DNA from: Akkermansia sp.
GTDB taxonomy: Bacteria > Verrucomicrobiota > Verrucomicrobiia > Verrucomicrobiales > Akkermansiaceae
Assembly: GCA_017471985.1 (NCBI GenBank)
Contig: JAFURE010000086.1
Span: 385-64,384 of the forward strand
Length of the DNA: 64,000 nucleotides
Reading direction: 5' to 3'
The position numbers and the translations under genes are program-made. Below, piece by piece: positions 47,722 to 57,354 of the stretch. Each line of letters starts with the position of its first letter. The stretch's first letter is position 1. Under the pieces are notes generated by a model. It was not told the origin of the DNA. It saw nothing but the letters and a program-made list of their open reading frames with translations, and ran no database searches.

Positions 47722-50319
47722 ATGGACGACCTCGATGAGTACCAGAACAGACGCAAAGCGGCCGAGTCGCGCAGGCGCAATCACAGCCCGCGCCGCGAGG
47801 AAGCCGCTCGTTCCGGTAGCCGGTGGAAACGTTTTCTGCTGCGTTTCTTCATCGTCTGCTCTGTCTTTACGCTCATGTGCGGTGTTGCCGGGTACGTGGG
47901 CTTCAACATTTTCACGGCCAAATACCAGAAGTGGGCTGCTGAGTTTGACCTCGAGGATATCAACAACCTCGACCATCCCTGCATTATTTACGATCGTGAA
48001 GGGCGCGAAATAGGCCGTATTTTCGATGAGAACAGAAGTTACGTCACTTACGACAAGATTTCTCGCAGCATGATAGATGCCCTCGTGGCTCAGGAGGATA
48101 AATACTTCTGGACTCACAAGGGCTTTGACCCCATCGGCATCATTCGCGCCATTCGCGAGGCTCTGGTTGCGGGTGGTGCCAATCAGGGTGCATCCACCAT
48201 TACCCAGCAGCTGGCGCGCAATGCCTATGACCTGGAGCGTCGCACCAAGGCCCGTGGCGGCAGCCGCTATGAGCGCAAGATTGTGGAAATCTTTCTGGCC
48301 ATTCGTATTGAGGAGAAATACGATAAGCGCCAGATTATGGAGTTCTACCTCAACAGAATTTACTTCGGCAGGGGCTACTATGGCATCCGCGCCGCATCTC
48401 TGGGCTATTTCGGTAAGGAACCGGCTGACCTGACGGTGCGCGAGAGTGCCAGTATTGCAGCCCTCATTAAAAACCCCGAGAATTACAACCCAATCCGCAA
48501 TTTTGACCTCAATTACAAGTGGCGCAATGATGTGATTGACCGTATGCAGCGCCTCAAATACCTGACCCTTGAGGAGGCCGAGCGCCTGAAAACGCAACCA
48601 CTGGTATTGAACCCCAAACCCTTGCGCCGACAGACCAGCCATTTGCATGCCCTTGTGCAGCAGCAGGCTATCGATATATTTCAGGACCCCAAGCGTGGCG
48701 AGGAAATCGTGAAAAGCGCCGGTCTGAAGGTCTACACCACTATCGACCGTGACATGCAGCAGGCGGCAGAACAGGCTCTTAATGACCAGCTGCGTGCCAT
48801 CGAAAACCGCAAGGACTACCGGCACGTGCGATTTGACGATACCGAGCACCCCGATGCAGCGAAACATCGCTACCTTGATGGGGCTGTTTATGCCGTCGAT
48901 AATAAAACGGGCGCAACGCTCGTTTATGTGGCAGGGCGCAGCTTTGAGCGCGATAACTATGACTTCATCGAGGACGGTCGCCGCCCGGTGGGTACTGCTC
49001 TGCTTCCCTTCCTTTACATGTGCGCGTTTGAGAATGGTTATTCCCCGTGCTCTCGCTTGGTGGATGACGCTCTCGATAACCGTCTGGCCGGTATCGGTGG
49101 TACCGAGGGTATACTCGGTGAGTGGGGTATGGAGGTTGAGAAGGGGCGCTATCTCGATTCCGTAACCGCCCGTCAGGCTCTCTGCTGGTCCAAGATTGCG
49201 GCTTCTGCCCGATTGGGTATCGCCCTGAGTTCCAATCCCAAACTTGCAGCAAAACCCTTCGTCAACACGCTGACCAATGTGGGCATAACCCCGCCGGTGC
49301 GCAATGCAAAGAGCACGGAGGCCCGCCCGCAGTATTACCCGCGTGTTTATCTGGGTACGGAGCCCATGTCGCTGCGCGAAATGGTGCTGGCATATACCGT
49401 TTTCCCGAATTGTGGCAGCCGCCCGGTGGTGCCCTACATTGTGAGCAAGATTACCGATAGCAATGGTAAGGTGCTCTGGCAGAACCCCAATGACCTGTCC
49501 CGCAAACATGTCAACAGTACGACCCCCTGTACAGCGTTCCGTTTGCACTCCATTATGCGCGAGAGCCTGACTTCGGGTTCTGCCGCTCGTGTAAGACCCT
49601 TCCTGCCCGATTCCTTCAAGGGCGCTGTGAAGAGCGGCACGAATTACGACTTCTCCGATACCTCGCTCTTCGGGTACGATGCCGACATAACCTGCGGTAT
49701 CTGGATGGGGTTCCTCAACGACCACTCTGCCATTTACCCCGAGGCCTTCGCCAGCGACACCTGCGCTCCTGTGCTCGGAGCTGTTTTCAAAGCTGCTGAT
49801 GGTCGATTCCCCAACGCCGACCTCAATCCGCCCGAGGATACAGAGGAGGTGGAAATCTGCCTTTCTTCCGGGCACCTGGCTACCAATTTCTGCTTTGAGA
49901 GCAGCATGAAGGACGGCAAACCGGTGTACGTGCGCCCCACCTATCGGGAGTTCTTCCCCAAGGGGGATGTCACACTCAGTTCCTGTTCCGTTCACGGCGA
50001 TGGCAGCCCCTCGCTCGGGGATTTTCTGGAAGTCGGCTCCAGCAGCACCGGCTCTACCCGTGTACTTCCCGTTGTGCCTGTTCTGCCGAAAGCCGCCGCC
50101 CTGCAGGGGGATGACCCCTATGGCTGTATTACCACTCTTAACCCAAGGTATAAGAATGCGGATGATTTGGCTCAGGCCAATACGAGCGGGGCGGATGACG
50201 TAGACCTTTCCATGGATGATGTCGCCGAGGAGACTGATCAACCCGGAATCGACAACACTATACCGCTGCCGTACCCGCGCCCCATGCGTACTCTGCCGGT
50301 TCTGCCCCTGCCAATTTAA
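47722..50319 (+). CDS. class A penicillin-binding protein: intact GT51 glycosyltransferase, transpeptidase domain with substituted SxxK
   Basis: GT51 motifs EDKYFWTHKGFD, GASTITQQLARN and RKIVE are present. In the transpeptidase region, the expected GSxxKPF reads GTALLPF (T425, L428), SxN reads SKI, and KSGT is present. Confidence 0.85.
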   Translation: MDDLDEYQNRRKAAESRRRNHSPRREEAARSGSRWKRFLLRFFIVCSVFTLMCGVAGYVGFNIFTAKYQKWAAEFDLEDINNLDHPCIIYDREGREIGRIFDENRSYVTYDKISRSMIDALVAQEDKYFWTHKGFDPIGIIRAIREALVAGGANQGASTITQQLARNAYDLERRTKARGGSRYERKIVEIFLAIRIEEKYDKRQIMEFYLNRIYFGRGYYGIRAASLGYFGKEPADLTVRESASIAALIKNPENYNPIRNFDLNYKWRNDVIDRMQRLKYLTLEEAERLKTQPLVLNPKPLRRQTSHLHALVQQQAIDIFQDPKRGEEIVKSAGLKVYTTIDRDMQQAAEQALNDQLRAIENRKDYRHVRFDDTEHPDAAKHRYLDGAVYAVDNKTGATLVYVAGRSFERDNYDFIEDGRRPVGTALLPFLYMCAFENGYSPCSRLVDDALDNRLAGIGGTEGILGEWGMEVEKGRYLDSVTARQALCWSKIAASARLGIALSSNPKLAAKPFVNTLTNVGITPPVRNAKSTEARPQYYPRVYLGTEPMSLREMVLAYTVFPNCGSRPVVPYIVSKITDSNGKVLWQNPNDLSRKHVNSTTPCTAFRLHSIMRESLTSGSAARVRPFLPDSFKGAVKSGTNYDFSDTSLFGYDADITCGIWMGFLNDHSAIYPEAFASDTCAPVLGAVFKAADGRFPNADLNPPEDTEEVEICLSSGHLATNFCFESSMKDGKPVYVRPTYREFFPKGDVTLSSCSVHGDGSPSLGDFLEVGSSSTGSTRVLPVVPVLPKAAALQGDDPYGCITTLNPRYKNADDLAQANTSGADDVDLSMDDVAEETDQPGIDNTIPLPYPRPMRTLPVLPLPI

Positions 50320-50334
50320 TTTTATTACACCATC

Positions 50335-51744
50335 ATGTCAACAGATACTCAGACTCTCGCAGCCACTCAGGAGAAGGCTTTCCGAATCAATATGGACAAG
50401 ACCTTCTACGGCACTTTCGCAGAGATTGGTGCCGGTCAGGAGACCGCTAACTGGTTTTTCCGTTCCTCGGGAGCAGCCGGTACAGTGGCCAAAACTATAT
50501 CGGCCTACGATATGACGGTGAGCGACACGCTCTACGGCCCGGTACGCCGATATGTGTCGCAGGAGCGCCTGGTGCAGATGATGGATTATGAGTACTCTCA
50601 GCTCATCAATCGCTTGGGCGAGAAACGCGGTTCGGAGAGCTGTTTCTTTTCTTTCTGCAACACGGTGAAGTGCAAGGGCTACCGCGACAACGGCCCCTGG
50701 AGTGCCTGGATTGGTGTGCGTTTTCAGCTGCGCCCGCAAGCGGAGCCCAGTGATTTTGTCATGCATGTGCGCCTGCTGGTGCCCGACCATGATGTGCAGA
50801 TGCGCATATTGGGTGTGCTGGGTGTCAATCTGTTGTATGCTCTGTTCTACAAGCGCGAGCACATGGATGAGTTCGTGCAGAGCGTGGGCGATAACCTTGA
50901 CCGCAGCATGTTTGAAATCGACTTCATGCGTTTTTCGGGCAATGGCTTCGGCATGTTCGATAACCGCATTCTGGCACTCCAGCTGGTGCGCAGCGGTCTG
51001 AGCCAGGCCACGCTTTTCTGCCCCGATGGCACGGTGGCGCAGCCGGCCGATTTCCTCTACAAGCGCCCCATCGTGCTCATGCGTGGCAGTTTCCTGCCCC
51101 TCTGCAACATCCACCTGGAGATGATGGATGCCGTACGCACCAAGTTCAATGAGAGCCTGCCCGAGGCGCAGCATGAGCGAGTGGTAGATATTTGTGAAAT
51201 ATCGCTTTCCAACCTGCTGCGCGGTGAGGGCAAGGACGTTGACCTGCTCGATTTCATTGACCGTGCAGATGCTCTGGCCGCCTGTGGCAAGACTGTCATG
51301 GTGACCAATATCACCCACTTCCACCGTCTGTCCGCTCTGCTTAATCAGTTCACCCGTGAGCCGATAGCCATTGCGCTCTCCATCGGCCTGCTCAATGAGC
51401 TGTATAAGGACAAATGGGCGACTGACAGCCCCGGCGGTATTCTGTCCGACATGGGCAGCCTGTTCCTCAACCGAACCAAGCTTTACGTCACGCCGTGGAT
51501 TAACCGTCGAACCGGCGAGTTTGTGACCGCCGGTACATACGAGGCTCCCGACAAGTACACCTACCTCTACAAGTACCTGCTGGACAACGGCAACATTATT
51601 TCTGTTCCCTATTTCAACCAGAAACTCCTCTTCCAGACCCCGCGCGATATCATTCGCATGATTAACGAGGGTGACAACACCTGGCAGGAGTACGTGCCGG
51701 AGCAGGCCCACCGCATGATTGACCATATCCGCGGCATTCATTGA
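50335..51744 (+). CDS. conserved-looking hypothetical cytoplasmic protein (469 aa)
   Basis: Long ORF with a coding-like composition (FAEIGAGQETANWFF...). Its stop overlaps the sufS ATG (TGATG). I recognise no family. Confidence 0.6.
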   Translation: MSTDTQTLAATQEKAFRINMDKTFYGTFAEIGAGQETANWFFRSSGAAGTVAKTISAYDMTVSDTLYGPVRRYVSQERLVQMMDYEYSQLINRLGEKRGSESCFFSFCNTVKCKGYRDNGPWSAWIGVRFQLRPQAEPSDFVMHVRLLVPDHDVQMRILGVLGVNLLYALFYKREHMDEFVQSVGDNLDRSMFEIDFMRFSGNGFGMFDNRILALQLVRSGLSQATLFCPDGTVAQPADFLYKRPIVLMRGSFLPLCNIHLEMMDAVRTKFNESLPEAQHERVVDICEISLSNLLRGEGKDVDLLDFIDRADALAACGKTVMVTNITHFHRLSALLNQFTREPIAIALSIGLLNELYKDKWATDSPGGILSDMGSLFLNRTKLYVTPWINRRTGEFVTAGTYEAPDKYTYLYKYLLDNGNIISVPYFNQKLLFQTPRDIIRMINEGDNTWQEYVPEQAHRMIDHIRGIH

Positions 51745-52985
51745 TGACCCGCATTGATTTTACTTATTGCAAATACATGACCTCTGAGTTTCCCATTCTT
51801 GCCACTCGTATCGGCAAGCGCCCGCTCGTCTACCTCGACAACGCCGCCACCACACAGAAACCCCGCTGCGTGCTGCAGGCCGAGCTCGATTACTACGAAA
51901 AAGTCAATTCCAACATCCACCGTGGTGCCCATTACCTCAGCCGCATGGCAACAGAGCAACATGAGCAGGCTCGAGGCACCGTGGCGCGTTTTCTTCATGC
52001 TGCTTCCGAGCGAGAAATCGTTTTCACATCCGGTTGTACTGCCGGTATCAACCTGGTATCTCAGGTTCTGGCTCTTTCCGGACTTGTGAGCGAGGGGGAT
52101 GAGATATTGGTCACGACCGATGCTCACCACTCCAACATTGTGCCCTGGCAGATGCTCTGTGAAAGGACAGGAGCCGTGCTGCGCCCCATACCCCTGACGC
52201 CCGAGCTTACCTTTGACATGGCGGCCTACCTCAACATGCTCAATCCCCGCACGCGTATTGTGGCGGCTCCTTATATTTCCAACGCACTGGGGGTGATTAA
52301 TCCTATCCCGCAGATGATTGCCGCAGCCAAACAGAACCGCCCCGACTGCATTTTCCTTGTCGATGGCGCTCAGAGTACGGCTCACATGGCGGTGGACGTG
52401 CAGGCACTGGGCTGCGATTTCTACGTGTTCTCCGGGCACAAGGTCTATGCTCCCACCGGCACCGGTGCACTCTGGGGCAGGGAGGAACTGCTGTCTCAGC
52501 TCCCGCCCTGGCTTGGTGGCGGCGAAATGATTAAGGAGGTGTCGTTCACCGGTACAACCTACAACGACCTGCCGTTTAAGTACGAGGCCGGTACCCCCAA
52601 TATCTGCGGCAATATTGTGTTGGCCGCTGCTCTTGATTACGTGCAGAGCAAGGGTTTGGCGGAAATCGATGCCCATGAGCAGAAGCTCACTCGCTCCCTC
52701 TACGATGGCCTGATAGCCCTCGGTGGTATTGATATACTCGGTCCGCGTGAGGGCCGTGGCGCACTTATTTCCATTCTCGTGCCAGGTGTTCATCATTACG
52801 ACCTCGGCACTCTGCTCGACCAGATGGGCATTGCTGTGCGTACAGGTCACCACTGCTGCCAGCCCCTCATGCAGTACCTCGGCACAACCGGCACTACACG
52901 CTATTCCTTCGCTGCGTATAATACCGAGGAAGATGTGGCAGCTGCTCTGGCTGCAACCGAGCGCGCGCTCAACATGCTGCGCTGA
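51744..52985 (+). CDS. sufS: cysteine desulfurase (SufS/CsdA class)
   Basis: YLDNAATTQKP, SGHKVYAPTGTGALWG (PLP Lys) and RTGHHCCQPL (catalytic Cys). An alternative start is ATG 51777. Confidence 0.85.
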   Translation: MTRIDFTYCKYMTSEFPILATRIGKRPLVYLDNAATTQKPRCVLQAELDYYEKVNSNIHRGAHYLSRMATEQHEQARGTVARFLHAASEREIVFTSGCTAGINLVSQVLALSGLVSEGDEILVTTDAHHSNIVPWQMLCERTGAVLRPIPLTPELTFDMAAYLNMLNPRTRIVAAPYISNALGVINPIPQMIAAAKQNRPDCIFLVDGAQSTAHMAVDVQALGCDFYVFSGHKVYAPTGTGALWGREELLSQLPPWLGGGEMIKEVSFTGTTYNDLPFKYEAGTPNICGNIVLAAALDYVQSKGLAEIDAHEQKLTRSLYDGLIALGGIDILGPREGRGALISILVPGVHHYDLGTLLDQMGIAVRTGHHCCQPLMQYLGTTGTTRYSFAAYNTEEDVAAALAATERALNMLR

Positions 52986-53041
52986 ATGCTGGTACGTAAA
53001 CATAATGTGTCATAATCAGCTTGCTACTCAGGTGATTTTCC

Positions 53042-53070
53042 TTGCCTGAGTGGTGGGATGTAGGTAGAAT
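53042..53070 (+). promoter_or_regulatory. sigma70-type promoter, leaderless geometry
   Basis: TTGCCT, 17 bp, TAGAAT (53065..53070), then AGCGCCGCT (9 nt) to ATG 53080. Confidence 0.6.
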
Positions 53071-53079
53071 AGCGCCGCT

Positions 53080-53535
53080 ATGAATACTATATATAATCAG
53101 ATTACGGCCGGTATGAAGGCGGCCATGCTGGGTAAGGATACGGTTACCCTCGGTGCATTACGCAGTCTGAAGGCTGCGCTGCAGAATGCCCAGGTAGCCA
53201 AGGGTAATGCACATGAACTGCTGTCTGATAATGAGGCTCAGAATGTGGTGCGCAAGCAGATTAAGCAGCGCGAGGATGCCATAGCCATGTACGAGAAAGC
53301 CGGCCGCCCCGAGCTCGCTGAGAAGGAGCAGGCCGAAATTAAGGCTCTTGCCGTGTTACTGCCTGCCGAAATGACCGAGGCTGAGGTGCTGCCTATTCTC
53401 GAGGCTGTGATTGCCGAACTGGGTGCTACCAGCAAGAAGGATATGGGCCGCGTGATGAAGGAGATGCAGGCTCGCACAGCCGGTGCAGCTCCCGGTAAGC
53501 TGCTCTCCAAGCTGGTTGGTTCACGTCTGGCTTAA
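53080..53535 (+). CDS. yqeY: GatB/YqeY-domain protein
   Basis: 151 aa. MKAAMLGKD...LRSLKAAL...REDAIAMYEKAGRPELAEKE is typical of YqeY. Confidence 0.8.
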   Translation: MNTIYNQITAGMKAAMLGKDTVTLGALRSLKAALQNAQVAKGNAHELLSDNEAQNVVRKQIKQREDAIAMYEKAGRPELAEKEQAEIKALAVLLPAEMTEAEVLPILEAVIAELGATSKKDMGRVMKEMQARTAGAAPGKLLSKLVGSRLA

Positions 53536-54218
53536 TGGGGGTTATGTTCAGTGCCGTTATCGTAGCCGCGGGCAGTTCCCGGCGCGCAGGATTTGACAAA
53601 CTGGCTGCTCCGCTTGCGGGGGTGCCGGTGCTGTGCCGCAGTGTACAGGCCTTTGTCGAGGCCGGTTGCGCCTGCGTGGTGGTGGTGTGCCCGGAGGAGC
53701 GCTGGCAGACCGTGGGGTTGGCAGATGCCACTTACCCGGTGCCGGTGCTGCGGGTTGATGGCGGTGCTGAGCGTCAGGATTCCGTGGCGGCCGGGCTTGC
53801 CGCTCTGCCGACAGATACACGCTGGGTCGCTGTACATGATGGCGCCCGCCCGCTTATCACACCTCAGGGCATTCGCGATTGTATGGCAGCGGCTGCTCAG
53901 ACCGGGGCTGCTGCCTGTGCTCACCCTGTGGTCGATACCTTGAAACGAGTGGATGCAGACGGCCTGAGCCTGCCCGAAAAGGTAAGCCGTGATTATCTGT
54001 GGGGTATGGAAACGCCGCAGATTTTCGATATCGCTCTGCTGCGCCGTGCCTATGACTGTGTGGCAGAGCAGGGACTTGTGGTCACCGATGAGGTGAGCGC
54101 TATGGAGACACTCGGTATTCCCACGCGACTGGTACAGGTGGGACCCAATCTCAAAATCACCCTGCCGGGGGATTTGGAACTTGCTGAATTGATTTTCAAT
54201 AACCGCTCCGCTCAATGA
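53535..54218 (+). CDS. ispD: 2-C-methyl-D-erythritol 4-phosphate cytidylyltransferase
   Basis: VIVAAGSSRRAGFDKL N-terminal nucleotide-binding loop and an IspD-like remainder. TAATG overlap with yqeY. An alternative start is 53544. Confidence 0.75.
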   Translation: MGVMFSAVIVAAGSSRRAGFDKLAAPLAGVPVLCRSVQAFVEAGCACVVVVCPEERWQTVGLADATYPVPVLRVDGGAERQDSVAAGLAALPTDTRWVAVHDGARPLITPQGIRDCMAAAAQTGAAACAHPVVDTLKRVDADGLSLPEKVSRDYLWGMETPQIFDIALLRRAYDCVAEQGLVVTDEVSAMETLGIPTRLVQVGPNLKITLPGDLELAELIFNNRSAQ

Positions 54219-55000
54219 CACTCCACGGCCAGAGGGTGTGGATTCTGGGCTATGGGTTTCTCGGGCAGGTGCTGGCTCAAAAATGTCGTACCGCCGGAGC
54301 CCATGTGCAAAGCATTGATAGCAACGCTGCTGCCGGCGCCGATTTGTGTGCCGATGCCGCAGCGACTGCTATGATTGCACAGGCGATTGAGGCGGGCGGA
54401 GGCGTGCCGTCCGTTATTTTCTGTTGTCTTTCAACCCGAGGGGGAACGGTGGAGGAGTACCGCCGCTGCTACCTGCAGACCGTTCGGAATCTGGATGCAG
54501 CTCATCTGTTGGGGCACTGCATCTTCTGCTCCTCTTCTTCCGTGTATGGAGCAGCAACTGAGAGAACTGCCATACTGAAAGAATGCGAGCAGCGAGTCCT
54601 CTCATTCGGGGGCTGTGTGGCTCGGCTGGTTCCGCTTTATGGGCCGGGGCGCTGCGAATTGCTGCGCCGACATCTGGCCGGTGAACCCTGCTTGCCGGGG
54701 GCGCCTGAGCGGGTGTTGAATTATGTGCACGTGGAAGATGCGGCAGCGGCTCTCATGTTGCTGGCTGGGAGCGAGGTAAGCGGTTACTGCGATGTGTGTG
54801 GCGAATCATTCTCCAAGTCGCAGATTTACGCAGAACTGGAGCGTGTGACCGGTATAGCAGCGGCGCAGGCCGAGGCGACTCCCGGGCGCCGAGCTTATAC
54901 CTCAGTCGCGGTGAGTGCCGATACTCTGCGCGCTCTGGGGTGGGTGCCCACGCACCGACTTATCAATATGGCGCAGGGAATGGCGCAGGGCAGGGAATAA
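54215..55000 (+). CDS. NAD(P)-binding Rossmann-fold protein (atypical SDR / epimerase-like)
   Basis: VWILGYGFLGQVLA dinucleotide-binding motif. ATGA overlap with ispD. Confidence 0.6.
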   Translation: MTLHGQRVWILGYGFLGQVLAQKCRTAGAHVQSIDSNAAAGADLCADAAATAMIAQAIEAGGGVPSVIFCCLSTRGGTVEEYRRCYLQTVRNLDAAHLLGHCIFCSSSSVYGAATERTAILKECEQRVLSFGGCVARLVPLYGPGRCELLRRHLAGEPCLPGAPERVLNYVHVEDAAAALMLLAGSEVSGYCDVCGESFSKSQIYAELERVTGIAAAQAEATPGRRAYTSVAVSADTLRALGWVPTHRLINMAQGMAQGRE

Positions 55001-55379
55001 GCTCTATATTTGCCATCGTGCCCAGAATAATGGCCAGCCCGATATAATACAAACAGGCAAAAGCTATAGGTGCCAGATACACACCCATGTAGAGGGTGAT
55101 ACGCCCTCCGCCTACACCATGGCGGCGATTGTGGTGTTGCACCAGCGCATGCAACACGGGAATGACTGCCCCGAGAAGAAGAACTGTGTCGGGGCTGCAG
55201 TCAAGTAACCTGCCAATATAAATGACCCATGTGGTTACGCTGGCAGCTACAAAGGGATTGGAAATACTCAGCCCGAACAGAATGACCAGCAGAACCACGG
55301 GTATGTGCAGTAGCAGAGTGATGGGGCTGCAACCGCGGGCGATGAAATCCAGACTTCTGTCACTGCGAGGTACATGCAT
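54963..55379 (-). CDS. hypothetical 4-TM membrane protein
   Basis: ORF 54963..55442, trimmed to ATG 55379. That start is preceded by AGGAG (55394..55390) and a promoter. The 3' end overlaps the convergent gene by 38 nt. Confidence 0.45.
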   Translation of the reverse strand: MHVPRSDRSLDFIARGCSPITLLLHIPVVLLVILFGLSISNPFVAASVTTWVIYIGRLLDCSPDTVLLLGAVIPVLHALVQHHNRRHGVGGGRITLYMGVYLAPIAFACLYYIGLAIILGTMANIELIPCPAPFPAPY

Positions 55380-55401
55380 GGTGGCGTTTCTCCTGTCTGT
55401 C

Positions 55402-55429
55402 AGTATAGCAATTGTAACAGAGTTGTAAA
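55402..55429 (-). promoter_or_regulatory. sigma70-type promoter with an SD-containing leader
   Basis: Minus strand: TTTACA, 16 bp, TATACT. A 22-nt leader containing AGGAG runs to ATG 55379. Confidence 0.45.
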
Positions 55430-55491
55430 GCTTATTCTGCATTTTCGTCTTTTCTTGTTGAGGGGGCTGTGTTAAACTGTGCCTACACGGT

Positions 55492-56283
55492 ATGATGCGG
55501 ATGGACTATTACCAGCTTCTGGACATTGGACGCGGGGCAACGGCTGCTGAAGTCAAGCTTGCCTACCGACGTCAGGCCAGACTGTTTCATCCTGACCTCA
55601 ATCAGGGGAATCCTGTGGCCGAGGAGCGCTTTAAGCTGGTGGCCGAGGCTTATCGTACACTGGGTGAACCCGAGCGACGGGCTGATTACGATGCCTGGCT
55701 GGACCGGCAGGAGCGCCTGCGCATGGCCCCCGAACTTGCTCGCATGGCAGCGGCTCCCCGCGTGAGAGTATCTGTCCGCCATGCTTATGAAAGGCGCGCG
55801 CAGAGGGGGCGCCGCCGCAGCAGGTATAGCCGCGGTACACGTGTTCCCCTCCTTTTTGCGCTGAAGCCCGTGGGCGATTCGGGAATCCTGAGCTTTCTCC
55901 TTTTCTACGGTTTATGTGCGGCTGTCATGGTGCCCTGGTTTATCAGCTACGCCGGTAGGGAGGCGCCGCAGACCCTGCAGAGCCCGGCGGCACCACGCCG
56001 AGTGCCGGGGGAGTCTGACTTGCCGCCTGAGGTGCAGACACGCGAGTTGCTCAATTTTCACGAGCGCATATACAGAGCGGCCGAGGCCGGTGACCCCCGG
56101 GCTCAGTTTCGCTATGGTATGATGCTCTACCACGGCTATCAGGGAATTCCGCAAGATCATGAGGCCGCCATGCGGTGGTGGCAGAAAGCGGCCGATGCCG
56201 GGCACAAGGCCGCCGGGCAGATGTTGAATGCCGCCCGTACAGCAGAGCAGGAATCTGTCAATTTTGAGCCGATTGTTCTTTGA
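55492..56283 (+). CDS. J-domain (DnaJ-like) membrane protein with a C-terminal Sel1 repeat
   Basis: DYYQLLDIGRGATAAEVKLAYRRQARLFHPD (HPD motif), a TM segment (ILSFLLFYGLCAAVMVPWFI) and the Sel1-type AEAGDPRAQFRYGMMLYHG. The start may instead be ATG 55501. Confidence 0.75.
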   Translation: MMRMDYYQLLDIGRGATAAEVKLAYRRQARLFHPDLNQGNPVAEERFKLVAEAYRTLGEPERRADYDAWLDRQERLRMAPELARMAAAPRVRVSVRHAYERRAQRGRRRSRYSRGTRVPLLFALKPVGDSGILSFLLFYGLCAAVMVPWFISYAGREAPQTLQSPAAPRRVPGESDLPPEVQTRELLNFHERIYRAAEAGDPRAQFRYGMMLYHGYQGIPQDHEAAMRWWQKAADAGHKAAGQMLNAARTAEQESVNFEPIVL

Positions 56284-56286
56284 TAC

Positions 56287-56313
56287 AAAAAAGCCCCGCA
56301 AAAGCGGGGCTTT
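56287..56313. terminator. bidirectional Rho-independent terminator
   Basis: AAAGCCCCGC aaaa GCGGGGCTTT flanked by an A6 run and T3. It serves trpS on the minus strand and the J-domain gene on the plus strand. Confidence 0.8.
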
Positions 56314-56340
56314 GCAATAAATGGGATTGGGTGTGCGCCA

Positions 56341-57315
56341 TCAGTGCCATACCAGACCCACGGCTTCGCGCAGGCGTGTCATGGTTTTGGCGGCTTCTTC
56401 GCGGGCACGGGTGGCGCCATCGGTGAGCACCTGTTGTACGTAGTCGGGGTTGGCTACAATCCACTCGCGTTTTTCGCGTGCGGAGCGGAAGTATTCCCAG
56501 TAAGCCTCGAACACATCCTTCTTGAACTGCCCGTAACCTACGCCGCCACGGTGGTGTGCTGCCACCATCTCATCGTACTGTTCTGCAGTGGCGAAAAGTT
56601 TGTAGATGGCCAGAATGACTGAGCCCTCGGTGGGTTTGGGGTCTTCAAGCGGGGTGGCATCTGTCACAATCTTCTTGTTAATCAGCTTGCGCAGGGGCTT
56701 TTCCTCACCGAAAATGGGCAGGGTGTTGCCGTAGCTTTTGCTCATTTTCTGACCATCGAGCCCGGGAACAACGGCTGTTACTTCGCTGATGATGGCCTCG
56801 GGCAGCTTGAAGATATCGGCACCGAAGGTATCGTTAATCTTACCGGCGAGGTCGCGGGTAACCTCGAGGTGCTGTTTCTGGTCTTTACCCACGGGCACGG
56901 CATCGCTGTTGTAGAGCAGAATGTCGGCAGCCATGAGTGCAGGGTAGGCAAAGAGGGCGTGATTGGGGGAGAATCCCTTGGCAATCTTGTCCTTGTAGGA
57001 ATGGCAGCGCTCCAGCAGCCCCATGGGGCAGACGGTGGAGAGAATCCAGGCCAGTTCATTTACCTCGGGCACGGCAGATTGGGAGAAGAGCACGGCCTTC
57101 TGCGGGTCGAGGCCACAGGCCAGAAAGTCAATGGCCAGATTTATGGTGTTCTCGCGCAGTTTGGCGGCACTCTCCATGGTGGTCATGGCGTGATAGTTGG
57201 CAATGAAGTAGAAGGCCTCGCCCTTCTCCTGTAACTCAACAGCGGGCTTGATAGCGCCGAAGTAATTACCGATATGGAGCTGGCCGCTGGGCTGTAATCC
57301 TGTCAGGAATCGCAT
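56341..57315 (-). CDS. trpS: tryptophan--tRNA ligase
   Basis: LTGLQPSGQLHIGNYFG and KMSKSYGN class I signatures. 324 aa. Confidence 0.95.
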   Translation of the reverse strand: MRFLTGLQPSGQLHIGNYFGAIKPAVELQEKGEAFYFIANYHAMTTMESAAKLRENTINLAIDFLACGLDPQKAVLFSQSAVPEVNELAWILSTVCPMGLLERCHSYKDKIAKGFSPNHALFAYPALMAADILLYNSDAVPVGKDQKQHLEVTRDLAGKINDTFGADIFKLPEAIISEVTAVVPGLDGQKMSKSYGNTLPIFGEEKPLRKLINKKIVTDATPLEDPKPTEGSVILAIYKLFATAEQYDEMVAAHHRGGVGYGQFKKDVFEAYWEYFRSAREKREWIVANPDYVQQVLTDGATRAREEAAKTMTRLREAVGLVWH

Positions 57316-57354
57316 GGTGTTCGTTGATGTTCTGGTGATAATGTTGAAAATGGG

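Noticed and set aside
47662-53003. Long minus-strand ORFs 47662..50241 (859 aa), 50338..51741 (467 aa) and 51738..53003 (421 aa)
   Set aside because: They mirror the PBP gene, the 469-aa gene and sufS on the opposite strand. The plus-strand products carry clear family motifs, and the antisense translations have none.
54963-55000. 38-nt convergent overlap of two CDS 3' ends as a possible antisense regulatory arrangement
   Set aside because: The minus-strand membrane-protein call is itself of low confidence, so the overlap may simply reflect ORF over-extension.
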